A stretch of 64,000 nucleotides of DNA from a virus, in the IMG/VR virus record IMGVR_UViG_3300009481_004294; one strand, 5' to 3'. The notes beneath the pieces are model-generated. The model worked only from the letters and a program-made list of their open reading frames with translations. It was not told the DNA's origin and searched no databases. Position 1 is the first letter of the stretch, and each line of letters begins with the position of its first letter. The translations under genes were made by a program, and so were the position numbers. Below, piece by piece: positions 1 to 8,082 of this stretch.

Positions 1-2
1 AT

Positions 3-893
3 GAATTAGTATTAGAAAATGAAAATGATGTAGGAATGACATTTTTATCTGATGTTGAGTCTAATGCACATATTATGTTTGGTGATTCTGCTGATGCAGA
101 TATTGGAGGAATTGTATATAATCATCTTTTAGATAGTATGTATATAGTCACAGGTGGTGCAAATACAGTTGAACTTGGAAATGAGTATGGTGGTTATATG
201 CAAGTTGCTGGTGGAGATACATTAGGAACTCAAACAGGAAAATTCCATGTAAATGTTGGATCATCTGATGGAACAGCAGGAATTTTTCTAGATTCAAATG
301 ATGTGGATCAAATAGGTGTCTCAATTGATGCGGCACAAACAACTGCAAATGTTTTTGAAATTAATGCCGATGCATTTACTACTGGTCATGTGATTTCAAT
401 ACATCGTGGATTAGGAACTGGTGATTCTAATGATGCTAATGGTTCTTTAATACATCTTACAGACAATAATAGTTCAACAAATGCTAGAGCAATTCTTGAT
501 ATAGTACAAAATACAACAGGTGCTACTGGATCAACGGGATTAAAAATTACAACAGATGGTGGAACAGGTATTTCTGTTATACAAAACCAAAATACTAATC
601 CAGGATTAAATGTATGGGCAACAAATGCTCATTCTACAAACTTGGGTCATTTCCAATCAGATGCAATTAATTCAACAGGTGTCACCCTATATGTTCAAGG
701 AAATTCTAGCACAGGAGGAACAAAAGTTGTTGAATTTGCAAATTCAACAGGTAGTTTTTTTGCTGGAAGAGCAAATGGAGTAACTTGGTGTAGTCGTCTT
801 GAAGTTGATACTTTTTTAACTCCAGATAACGATGCAGTTCACATGTTTGCTGTGAGAGATACAGGCGGAACAATTGTAAACCCAGGAACATAA
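3..893 (+). CDS. 5'-truncated virion structural / tail-fibre-like protein (C-terminal part)
   Basis: Frame is open from base 3 (ELVLENENDVGMTF...), so the track's Met at 36 is probably internal. G/T/N/S-rich beta-type composition; directly upstream of gp13. Confidence 0.6.
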   Translation, partial: ELVLENENDVGMTFLSDVESNAHIMFGDSADADIGGIVYNHLLDSMYIVTGGANTVELGNEYGGYMQVAGGDTLGTQTGKFHVNVGSSDGTAGIFLDSNDVDQIGVSIDAAQTTANVFEINADAFTTGHVISIHRGLGTGDSNDANGSLIHLTDNNSSTNARAILDIVQNTTGATGSTGLKITTDGGTGISVIQNQNTNPGLNVWATNAHSTNLGHFQSDAINSTGVTLYVQGNSSTGGTKVVEFANSTGSFFAGRANGVTWCSRLEVDTFLTPDNDAVHMFAVRDTGGTIVNPGT

Positions 894-900
894 GATAAAA

Positions 901-1911
901 ATGGCAAAACCTAGTACAAGAGAAGAATTAAAACAATATTGCCTTAGAACTTTAGGAAAACCAGTTATTGAAATAAATGTAGAAGATGATCAACTGGAAG
1001 ATCGAATGGACGAAGGCTTGCAATTTTTTCAGGAATATCATTTTGATGGTGTTGAAAGAATGTATAACATTCATCGAATTACAGGTTCAACTGTTAAAAT
1101 TACTTCAAATACAGGCGCCTTTACAGTAGGCGAGAAAATAACTGGTGGAACATCAAATGCAACCGCAAAAGTAGTTTCTTCAAATACTACAGTTATTACA
1201 TTTAAAAGTCATAAAGACACAGATGATATTTCAAATAATGATGTAACATCTAGTTTTTCAAATGGTGAAACAATAACTGGAAGTACAAGTGGATCTACTG
1301 CAGTAGCCGATACCGATGCATCATTGGTTACTTTTGGTGATGTAGACAATCATTATATTACATTAAGTGATTCCATAATTGGTGTGACAGGTATTTTTGA
1401 TATACAAGATACTGGTGGGGGACAGACAACAAGTGATTTATTTTCGTTTAGATATCAGTTTCATTTAAATGAAATGCCATATCTTACTGCTACTTCTATA
1501 ATAAATTATAAAATGTCAATGCAACATTTACAATTGTTGAATGATATGTTTGTAGGAAAGAAGCCTTTACGATTTAATAGACATCAAAATCGATTATATT
1601 TAGATTTAGATTGGGATAATGATGATCTTGAAGTAGATGAATATGTTGTTGCAGAGTGTTATAGAATAATTGAACCCGCAACATTTACAGATGTATACAA
1701 TGATATGTTTTTAAAGAAATATGTTACGGCTCTTTTTAAAAGACAATGGGGAGCCAATTTAATAAAATATGAAGGAGTTCAACTTCCAGGAGGAACGACA
1801 TTAAATGGAAGAACAATGTTTGAAGAAGCAATAACAGAATTAAGAGAAACAGAAGAACAAGTGTCTCTTAAATTCGAATTACCAGTTGACTTTATGGTTG
1901 GTCCAGGATAA
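901..1911 (+). CDS. gp13: Neck protein gp13
   Basis: Starts MAKPSTREELKQYCLRTLGKPVIEINVEDDQLEDR; ends KRQWGANLIKYEGVQLPGGTTLNG, both typical of T4-like gp13. Confidence 0.95.
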   Translation: MAKPSTREELKQYCLRTLGKPVIEINVEDDQLEDRMDEGLQFFQEYHFDGVERMYNIHRITGSTVKITSNTGAFTVGEKITGGTSNATAKVVSSNTTVITFKSHKDTDDISNNDVTSSFSNGETITGSTSGSTAVADTDASLVTFGDVDNHYITLSDSIIGVTGIFDIQDTGGGQTTSDLFSFRYQFHLNEMPYLTATSIINYKMSMQHLQLLNDMFVGKKPLRFNRHQNRLYLDLDWDNDDLEVDEYVVAECYRIIEPATFTDVYNDMFLKKYVTALFKRQWGANLIKYEGVQLPGGTTLNGRTMFEEAITELRETEEQVSLKFELPVDFMVGPG

Positions 1912-2771
1912 TGCCTACTAATTCTTACTTTAATCACTTACAAAATGCCTCAGAACAAAATTTACATCAAGATTTAATTATAGAATCGATAAAAAATTTT
2001 GGCATAGACAACTATTACCTTCCAAGACAATATATGAATGAGGATCTTCTTTATGGAGAAGATACTATTTCACAATTTAATCAATCTCATTTAATAGAAA
2101 TGTATGTCAAGTCTGTTGACGGATTTGAAGGAGAAGGTGATTTTATTTCAAGATTTGGATTAGAAATAAGAGATCAGGTTATTTTTTCTGTGGCGAGAAG
2201 AAGATGGGAAAATTTAGGAACTGGTTATGATAGACCAAGAGAAGGTGATGTAATATTTCTCCCATTAAATAAAAAACTTTATGAAATTAGATTTGTTGAA
2301 CACGAATCAATGTTTTATCAATTTGGAAAATTACCAATATTTGATTTAACATGTGAATTGTTTCAATACGATGATCAAAGAATTGATACTGGTATTGAAG
2401 ACATAGATGAAGTAGAAGATAAATATGCTTATTCAATAGAAGTAACTCTTGATTCAGGAGGTTCAGGAAATTATGTAGAAGACGAATATGTATTTGTTGG
2501 TAGTACTGAAAGTTCTGCCAATACAAAAGGAAGAGTAATATCTTGGAATTCTACTGATAGAGTATTGAAACTAACAGATTTGAGGGGAACCTTTACATTA
2601 AGTCAAAATGTAGTTGGAAACACAAGTGGTGCATATTATACAGTAGGCACTACACCTGATACACAAACATTTGTTAATGATGCTTCAGCAAATAATATAA
2701 CTATTGAAACTGAAGCAGATTCTATTATTGATTTCTCTGAAGGGAATCCATTTAGTGAAGGCAATATTTAA
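1911..2771 (+). CDS. gp14: Neck protein gp14
   Basis: EQNLHQDLIIESIKNFG.D.YYLPR, IEMYVKSVDGFEGEGDFISRFGLEIRD, RPREGD..FLPL motifs; follows gp13. Confidence 0.95.
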   Translation: MPTNSYFNHLQNASEQNLHQDLIIESIKNFGIDNYYLPRQYMNEDLLYGEDTISQFNQSHLIEMYVKSVDGFEGEGDFISRFGLEIRDQVIFSVARRRWENLGTGYDRPREGDVIFLPLNKKLYEIRFVEHESMFYQFGKLPIFDLTCELFQYDDQRIDTGIEDIDEVEDKYAYSIEVTLDSGGSGNYVEDEYVFVGSTESSANTKGRVISWNSTDRVLKLTDLRGTFTLSQNVVGNTSGAYYTVGTTPDTQTFVNDASANNITIETEADSIIDFSEGNPFSEGNI

Positions 2772-3118
2772 GTTGTAGATTCTGGAAGAATTGTAATCAT
2801 TCCCTCAACTACTCTTTCCTTTGTTACCTCATCCGATTGGGTGTATTCAACATCATATACATATAATCCTGAAGACATATTTGCTGTTTGAGTAGCATTA
2901 GCGGTTATGGTCACATTACTGCCCGATACTGCCGTTGTGAAAGACATTATCCAGGAAGTATTAGTAGTTGTGTGGTTCTTTTTCATTTTAGAAGCACAAG
3001 TACCAGTACTTATAGTTACATTTGAATTGTTTGCATCTTTAGCAGTAAAAACTTTTTCAAAGTTACTACCTTGATACATTGTTAAATTTTCGCCTTGGGT
3101 TTTTATTGATAGTGCCAT
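2768..3118 (-). CDS. Small beta-rich virion structural protein (BppU-like; the type often found between gp14 and gp15)
   Basis: QGSNFEKVF...GLYVYDVE...RVVEGMITILPE pattern; has its own late promoter. Confidence 0.6.
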   Translation of the reverse strand: MALSIKTQGENLTMYQGSNFEKVFTAKDANNSNVTISTGTCASKMKKNHTTTNTSWIMSFTTAVSGSNVTITANATQTANMSSGLYVYDVEYTQSDEVTKERVVEGMITILPESTT

Positions 3119-3123
3119 AAGAC

Positions 3124-3131
3124 TATTTATA
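3124..3131 (-). promoter_or_regulatory. T4-type late promoter TATAAATA (minus strand)
   Basis: + strand TATTTATA at 3124-3131 reads TATAAATA on minus, 5 nt before the ATG at 3118; gp55 is encoded in this window. Confidence 0.7.
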
Positions 3132-3165
3132 CAACTAAATAATATTACAATCTTTATGGAGTATT

Positions 3166-4098
3166 ATGTTAGGACAAACTTTTTATCATCAAACAATAAG
3201 AAAATATGTTGCGTTGTTTGGTACGCTATTTAATGATATTAATATTGAAAAAAAGGACTCGGGCGGTAATGTTTTATCTCGACAAAAAGTACCAATAGCT
3301 TATGGACCAAAGCAAAAATTTCTTACAAGAATAAATCAAGATGCTAGTTTAGATAGACAAGTAGCTATTCAACTTCCTAGATTGGGATTTGAAATGACTG
3401 GCATGGCTTATGATCCCGTTAGAAAATTAAATACAATAGGCTCATTGACACATAAAGAAACGATAAATGGAAATCGTAATGTTAAGAAGATGTATAATCC
3501 TTCTCCATATATTTTTGATTTTTCTTTATATGCATTTGTAGAAAATGCTGAAGATGGTACTCAGATATTAGAACAAATTCTTCCGTTTTTTACTCCAGAA
3601 TTTAATGTGACTGTTAATATCATAACAGAAATGGGTCTCTCGATAGATATTCCAATCATTGTTCAAAGTGCAACGAGTGAAGATTCTTACGAGGGAGAAT
3701 TTTCTGCCAGAAGAACAATTATTTGGACAATATCTTTTATGATGAAAGGATTTATATATCCTGATATTAAATCTAGTCAATCAATTATTAAAACAATTGA
3801 AGTTGCATTTAAAGAAGTTGCGGATGCTGATACTACTGATCTAAATCATGAATTATTGTTAGAAACTTCTACTCCTTTTGATCAAGATCAATTTCTATTA
3901 GAAACAGGAAGTCTTCTCTTAACTGAGGATAGTATAACTGAACTCGGTCAGGATAATATAATCAGTAAAATTACAATTATACCTGAAGGAGGAGCAAATA
4001 CATATATTATTCCAGGAGATGATTTTGATGCAAATACTACAATAACAGTTTATAGTCCACCAGTAGATTATAATGAAGCAACAGGTGTATACGAGTGA
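3166..4098 (+). CDS. gp15: Tail sheath stabilizer / tail terminator gp15
   Basis: FYHQTIRKYVALFGTLFNDI, KVPIAYGPKQKFL, LPRLGFE, QILEQILPFFTPEF motifs. Confidence 0.95.
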   Translation: MLGQTFYHQTIRKYVALFGTLFNDINIEKKDSGGNVLSRQKVPIAYGPKQKFLTRINQDASLDRQVAIQLPRLGFEMTGMAYDPVRKLNTIGSLTHKETINGNRNVKKMYNPSPYIFDFSLYAFVENAEDGTQILEQILPFFTPEFNVTVNIITEMGLSIDIPIIVQSATSEDSYEGEFSARRTIIWTISFMMKGFIYPDIKSSQSIIKTIEVAFKEVADADTTDLNHELLLETSTPFDQDQFLLETGSLLLTEDSITELGQDNIISKITIIPEGGANTYIIPGDDFDANTTITVYSPPVDYNEATGVYE

Positions 4099-4106
4099 GG
4101 TAAGTT

Positions 4107-4511
4107 ATGATAAAAGATTTTGAAGATAAATTAAATGAAATTCTAGAAATGCCTTCTGGCTCTATTGTTAAAAAGCCCATTGAAAGAAAAGTTGTTGCAT
4201 CTAATCCAGATGATTTAAATACTGATTATAAGTATGTTCGTGAAAATATATACAATATTATTGAAAGGGGACACGATGCTATTGAAGATTTATTACAAGA
4301 TGCAAGAGATAGTGGTAATGCCAGAATGTTCGAAGTTGTCGGACAATTAATTAAAACTGTAGGTGAACAAAATCAAAATTTAATGAACGTTCATAAACAA
4401 GTAAAAGATATCAAACAAGAAACCAGTACAGGACCTAATTCAGTAACAAATGCATTATTTGTTGGTAGTACTGCAGAACTCCAAAAAATGTTAAAAGATA
4501 AAAAAGAATAG
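4107..4511 (+). CDS. gp16: Terminase small subunit gp16
   Basis: DYKYVRENIYNIIERG..AIE, ARMFEV.GQLIK, NALFVGSTAELQKML motifs. Confidence 0.93.
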   Translation: MIKDFEDKLNEILEMPSGSIVKKPIERKVVASNPDDLNTDYKYVRENIYNIIERGHDAIEDLLQDARDSGNARMFEVVGQLIKTVGEQNQNLMNVHKQVKDIKQETSTGPNSVTNALFVGSTAELQKMLKDKKE

Positions 4512-5932
4512 TGGCTCATTTAGGACAAATCGATAGAAGATTTCCAGGACAAGTGGTTTTCACACGATATGTTACAGAAAATGCTGACTGGAAAAAATTA
4601 AAGCTGAGAATAGAAAATGGTCAGGTTGCCGAAATGTTTGAAGAAACTAATAACGCATTAAACAGTATGAATGTTACTATTCAACCCAGAACAGACATAA
4701 TATTACTTTCAGAGAAATATAAAGAATTTGAAAGAAGAAAGTATGCTAATATTGAATATCAGAGAAAAAAAGGATATATATTAATTTCAAAAATAAGAAA
4801 ACCTACAGACAATCTTAATTCAGAAAGACCGCAAAAATTACAAATATTAGCAGAAGATTTTACAGAAAAAGGCGACAATGAAAAAATAACAGTACTTTCT
4901 AAAAAAGATGTTCCAGTAAAATTATTTAATACTTATGAAGATTTAAAAAAAAGTATTGTTTGGGGTTTAGATAATAAAATTAGTAATAATGATTATCTTA
5001 TAGAAAAAATAAAAACATATTTAGATAAAGATGATTTATCTGAAATTGATCTGAATGGTATTGATGATAGTCATATTGATGAACTAGGTGTTTATTTTGG
5101 TGAGATTTTAATAGGAATATTAGCATTTAAAAATCAGTTATCAGATACTTGTACTCCTTCTGATATGTTTGGAATTAATTTGAAATCTTTTAGTATACCG
5201 ACTGATCCTGCATTTAAACTTGTTGATAGTAGTTTGATATTTGATACAACTACTGTTAGCATATCGAGTAAATATGATAAGGGCTCCGCCGCATCATTTA
5301 TGTCGAATGTTCTTCCTTATGGAATGAAATATTATACTGGTTATAGAGATTGTTTTTTTAAAAAAATGTGTCGAGTTGCATCTAATATGGGATATACATC
5401 AGAACAAGTAGGAGCAAGTAGATTTAAATATTCAAAAAATATAACATTTGAAGTTGGATTAAGAACAGTATTAAAAATAAAAAAATCAATTGTACAAAAT
5501 ACAAATCATTCTATTTATGAAAGTATTCGAAAAGTCGCAATGAATCAGACTCTTTCTCCAAAAGAAAATCAAGAAATTGATGATGTAATAGTAGCAATAG
5601 AAGATTATTTTATAAAGAGAAAAACTTTCGATGGAAGAGAACAAGTTATACAAACAATAAGAAATAATTATCCCTTTACAATTACTTCTTTTTTTAATTA
5701 TTCTGTGGCGAGTGTATTAAATAATGATAGGTTATCAAGAAAATATGTTCACGAAATAATCGGTGGTAAAGATTTTTATCAAGCAAATTTAAATAAATCT
5801 AAATGGAGAAAAGGTATTATTGATATAAGAATGGTTTCTCCCAAATCTGCTACATTAAAAATATTAGGATCAATGTCAGGCGCTACAGATTTTACCGCAA
5901 AACAAGGTTTAGTAAATTACGAGTTAAAATAA
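4511..5932 (+). CDS. Hypothetical 473-aa protein, possible PD-(D/E)xK-type nuclease, between terS and terL
   Basis: GTG start overlaps the gp16 stop and its stop overlaps the gp17 start. YFGEI...IPTDPAFKLVDS...ISSK resembles a restriction-endonuclease-like core (by eye only). Confidence 0.4.
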   Translation: MAHLGQIDRRFPGQVVFTRYVTENADWKKLKLRIENGQVAEMFEETNNALNSMNVTIQPRTDIILLSEKYKEFERRKYANIEYQRKKGYILISKIRKPTDNLNSERPQKLQILAEDFTEKGDNEKITVLSKKDVPVKLFNTYEDLKKSIVWGLDNKISNNDYLIEKIKTYLDKDDLSEIDLNGIDDSHIDELGVYFGEILIGILAFKNQLSDTCTPSDMFGINLKSFSIPTDPAFKLVDSSLIFDTTTVSISSKYDKGSAASFMSNVLPYGMKYYTGYRDCFFKKMCRVASNMGYTSEQVGASRFKYSKNITFEVGLRTVLKIKKSIVQNTNHSIYESIRKVAMNQTLSPKENQEIDDVIVAIEDYFIKRKTFDGREQVIQTIRNNYPFTITSFFNYSVASVLNNDRLSRKYVHEIIGGKDFYQANLNKSKWRKGIIDIRMVSPKSATLKILGSMSGATDFTAKQGLVNYELK

Positions 5933-7575
5933 TGGCTAAAGATACTTACGCAGGAAATCCTCTTCTTAAAGGGGCATATCAACCAGTAGAGTATGATAAA
6001 GAGACTATAGAAGAATATATTAGATGCTCTAATGATCCTGTACATTTTGCAAAACAGTATATGAAAATCGTTCATGTTGATCATGGTTTAATGCCTTTTG
6101 ATTTGTATGATTATCAAGAAGAGATGGTTGAAACATTTCATAATAATCGTTTTGTTATTTGTAAGATGCCTCGACAAACTGGAAAATCAACAACAATTGT
6201 TGCTTATTTATTACATTTTGCTCTTTTTAATGAACAAGCTAATATTGCTATATTAGCAAATAAAGGGTCTACTTCAAGAGAGATCCTTCAGAGATTAAAA
6301 ACTGCATATGAGCATTTACCAAAATGGTTGCAACAAGGCGTAGTTGTTTGGAATAGAGGTAATATTGAATTAGAAAATGGTAGTAAAGTTATATCTGCTT
6401 CAACTTCTTCTTCAGCGGTTCGTGGATCGTCTTTTAATATTATTTTTATGGATGAGTTTGCACATATTGATCCACCAAGTTTAGCAGAAGATTTTTTCAC
6501 TTCTGTATATCCTACAATTTCTTCTGGTGTCACCACTAAAGTTTTTATTGTTTCAACTCCAAAAGGATTGAACATGTTTTATAAGATGTGGGTCGATGCT
6601 GAAGAGAAAAGAAGCAATTATATTCCCATTGAAGTTCATTGGTCTCAAACACCTGGAAGAGATCAAAAATGGAAAGAAGAAACAATAAAAAATACGAGTG
6701 AATTGCAATTTGCTCAAGAATATGAATGTGATTTTATTGGTTCACAAAATACATTAATTTCTCCTTCTAAATTGAGACAAATGCCTTATAAACCACCTAT
6801 TTCAAAGAGAGATAGTTTAGATGTATATGTTGAACCAGATCCTAAACATTCATATGTGTGTATAGTTGATGTTGCAAGAGGAAGAGGCCAAGATTATTCT
6901 GCATTTTCAATTATAGATGTTTCTCAATTTCCATATGAACAAGTTGCAAAATATAGAGATGAAAACATTTCTCCTATATTATTACCAAATGTTGTTGATA
7001 ATGTGAGTAGATATTATAATTCTGCATATATTTTAGTTGAAATAAATGATATTGGTGGTCAAGTAGCAGATATTTTACATCACGATTTAGAATATCCTAA
7101 TATTTTTCAAACAAGTGTTATGGGAAGATCGGGTCAAACTTTAGGGGGCGGATTCGGAAAAGGTTCGCAATTAGGAATTAGAACTACAAAAGAAGTTAAA
7201 AGAAAAGGGTGTTCTAGTTGTAAAGATTTGATAGAAGGGGATAAATTACTTGTTTGGGATTTAGACACTATTACTGAAATGACGACATATATTGCTAAAG
7301 GATCAAGTTATGAAGCAGATGAAGGATATCATGATGACTTGATGACAACTTTAATTTTGTTTGGTTGGTTAGTAAATCAAAAATATTTTACAGAAATTAC
7401 AGATTTAGATTTACGTGAAAAAATGTTTAAAGAACAACTAGAAGAAGCAGAAGCACAATTGATACCTTTTGGTTATATAAATGATGGAAGAGATTCTTAT
7501 GAACCAGAAACAGTAAATATGGGTGGTGAAAAATGGGTAGTAGATAAAAAATATTCTACGGATTATCTACATTAA
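5932..7575 (+). CDS. gp17: Terminase large subunit gp17
   Basis: Walker A RQTGKST, Walker B IIFMDE, FAQEYEC, nuclease motifs VDVARG.G.DYS and HDDL. Confidence 0.97.
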   Translation: MAKDTYAGNPLLKGAYQPVEYDKETIEEYIRCSNDPVHFAKQYMKIVHVDHGLMPFDLYDYQEEMVETFHNNRFVICKMPRQTGKSTTIVAYLLHFALFNEQANIAILANKGSTSREILQRLKTAYEHLPKWLQQGVVVWNRGNIELENGSKVISASTSSSAVRGSSFNIIFMDEFAHIDPPSLAEDFFTSVYPTISSGVTTKVFIVSTPKGLNMFYKMWVDAEEKRSNYIPIEVHWSQTPGRDQKWKEETIKNTSELQFAQEYECDFIGSQNTLISPSKLRQMPYKPPISKRDSLDVYVEPDPKHSYVCIVDVARGRGQDYSAFSIIDVSQFPYEQVAKYRDENISPILLPNVVDNVSRYYNSAYILVEINDIGGQVADILHHDLEYPNIFQTSVMGRSGQTLGGGFGKGSQLGIRTTKEVKRKGCSSCKDLIEGDKLLVWDLDTITEMTTYIAKGSSYEADEGYHDDLMTTLILFGWLVNQKYFTEITDLDLREKMFKEQLEEAEAQLIPFGYINDGRDSYEPETVNMGGEKWVVDKKYSTDYLH

Positions 7576-7978
7576 TACGATGAATATTTTTAGGTTCTTT
7601 TATTTGATCAATTAATTTGTTTATATCGTGTTTTAAATCTGGTCTTAAATTTTTTAATTTTTGTAAATATCTTATAGATTCATTGAATATCATTTCAGGA
7701 TTAATTCTCAATTCATAAAATTTATTTCTCGTTTCACTTTTTGTAGTTAAATACAAATGTTCTGGTTTTACACAATATGTATTGTTGCATGATTGATGAA
7801 CTATTTTATTTCGTTCAATAGATCCCTTATAAGCAATATATGCAAATCTATGAGCAGGAATTGATTGTCCATCATATGAAAACATACCATATCCCTGTTT
7901 TGTTTTGCTTGCAGTCCAGAACCAACAATCATTTGTTTTTAAAATTTTATCTTCAAATCTTTCAATAGCCTTCTTCAT
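7556..7978 (-). CDS. HNH / His-Me homing-endonuclease-like protein with apparently degenerate active site
   Basis: CWFW...GYG...AHRFAY...G scaffold, but the canonical HxCDNxxCVNPxHL reads QSCNNTYCVKPEHL. Confidence 0.75.
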   Translation of the reverse strand: MKKAIERFEDKILKTNDCWFWTASKTKQGYGMFSYDGQSIPAHRFAYIAYKGSIERNKIVHQSCNNTYCVKPEHLYLTTKSETRNKFYELRINPEMIFNESIRYLQKLKNLRPDLKHDINKLIDQIKEPKNIHRINVDNP

Positions 7979-7983
7979 CTTAT

Positions 7984-7991
7984 TATTTATA
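7984..7991 (-). promoter_or_regulatory. T4-type late promoter TATAAATA (minus strand)
   Basis: + strand TATTTATA at 7984-7991, 5 nt upstream of the HNH ATG at 7978. Confidence 0.7.
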
Positions 7992-8028
7992 TTACAATAA
8001 ATAAAAACATCTCCAAAATCAGCTAAAA

Positions 8029-8036
8029 TATAAATA
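8029..8036 (+). promoter_or_regulatory. T4-type late promoter TATAAATA for gp18-gp19
   Basis: Exact TATAAATA in the intergenic region, followed by a GGAG RBS and the gp18 ATG. Confidence 0.8.
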
Positions 8037-8082
8037 TATTGGAAGCAAAAGATTTATTCAAAATATTTTAGGGAGAGATAAT

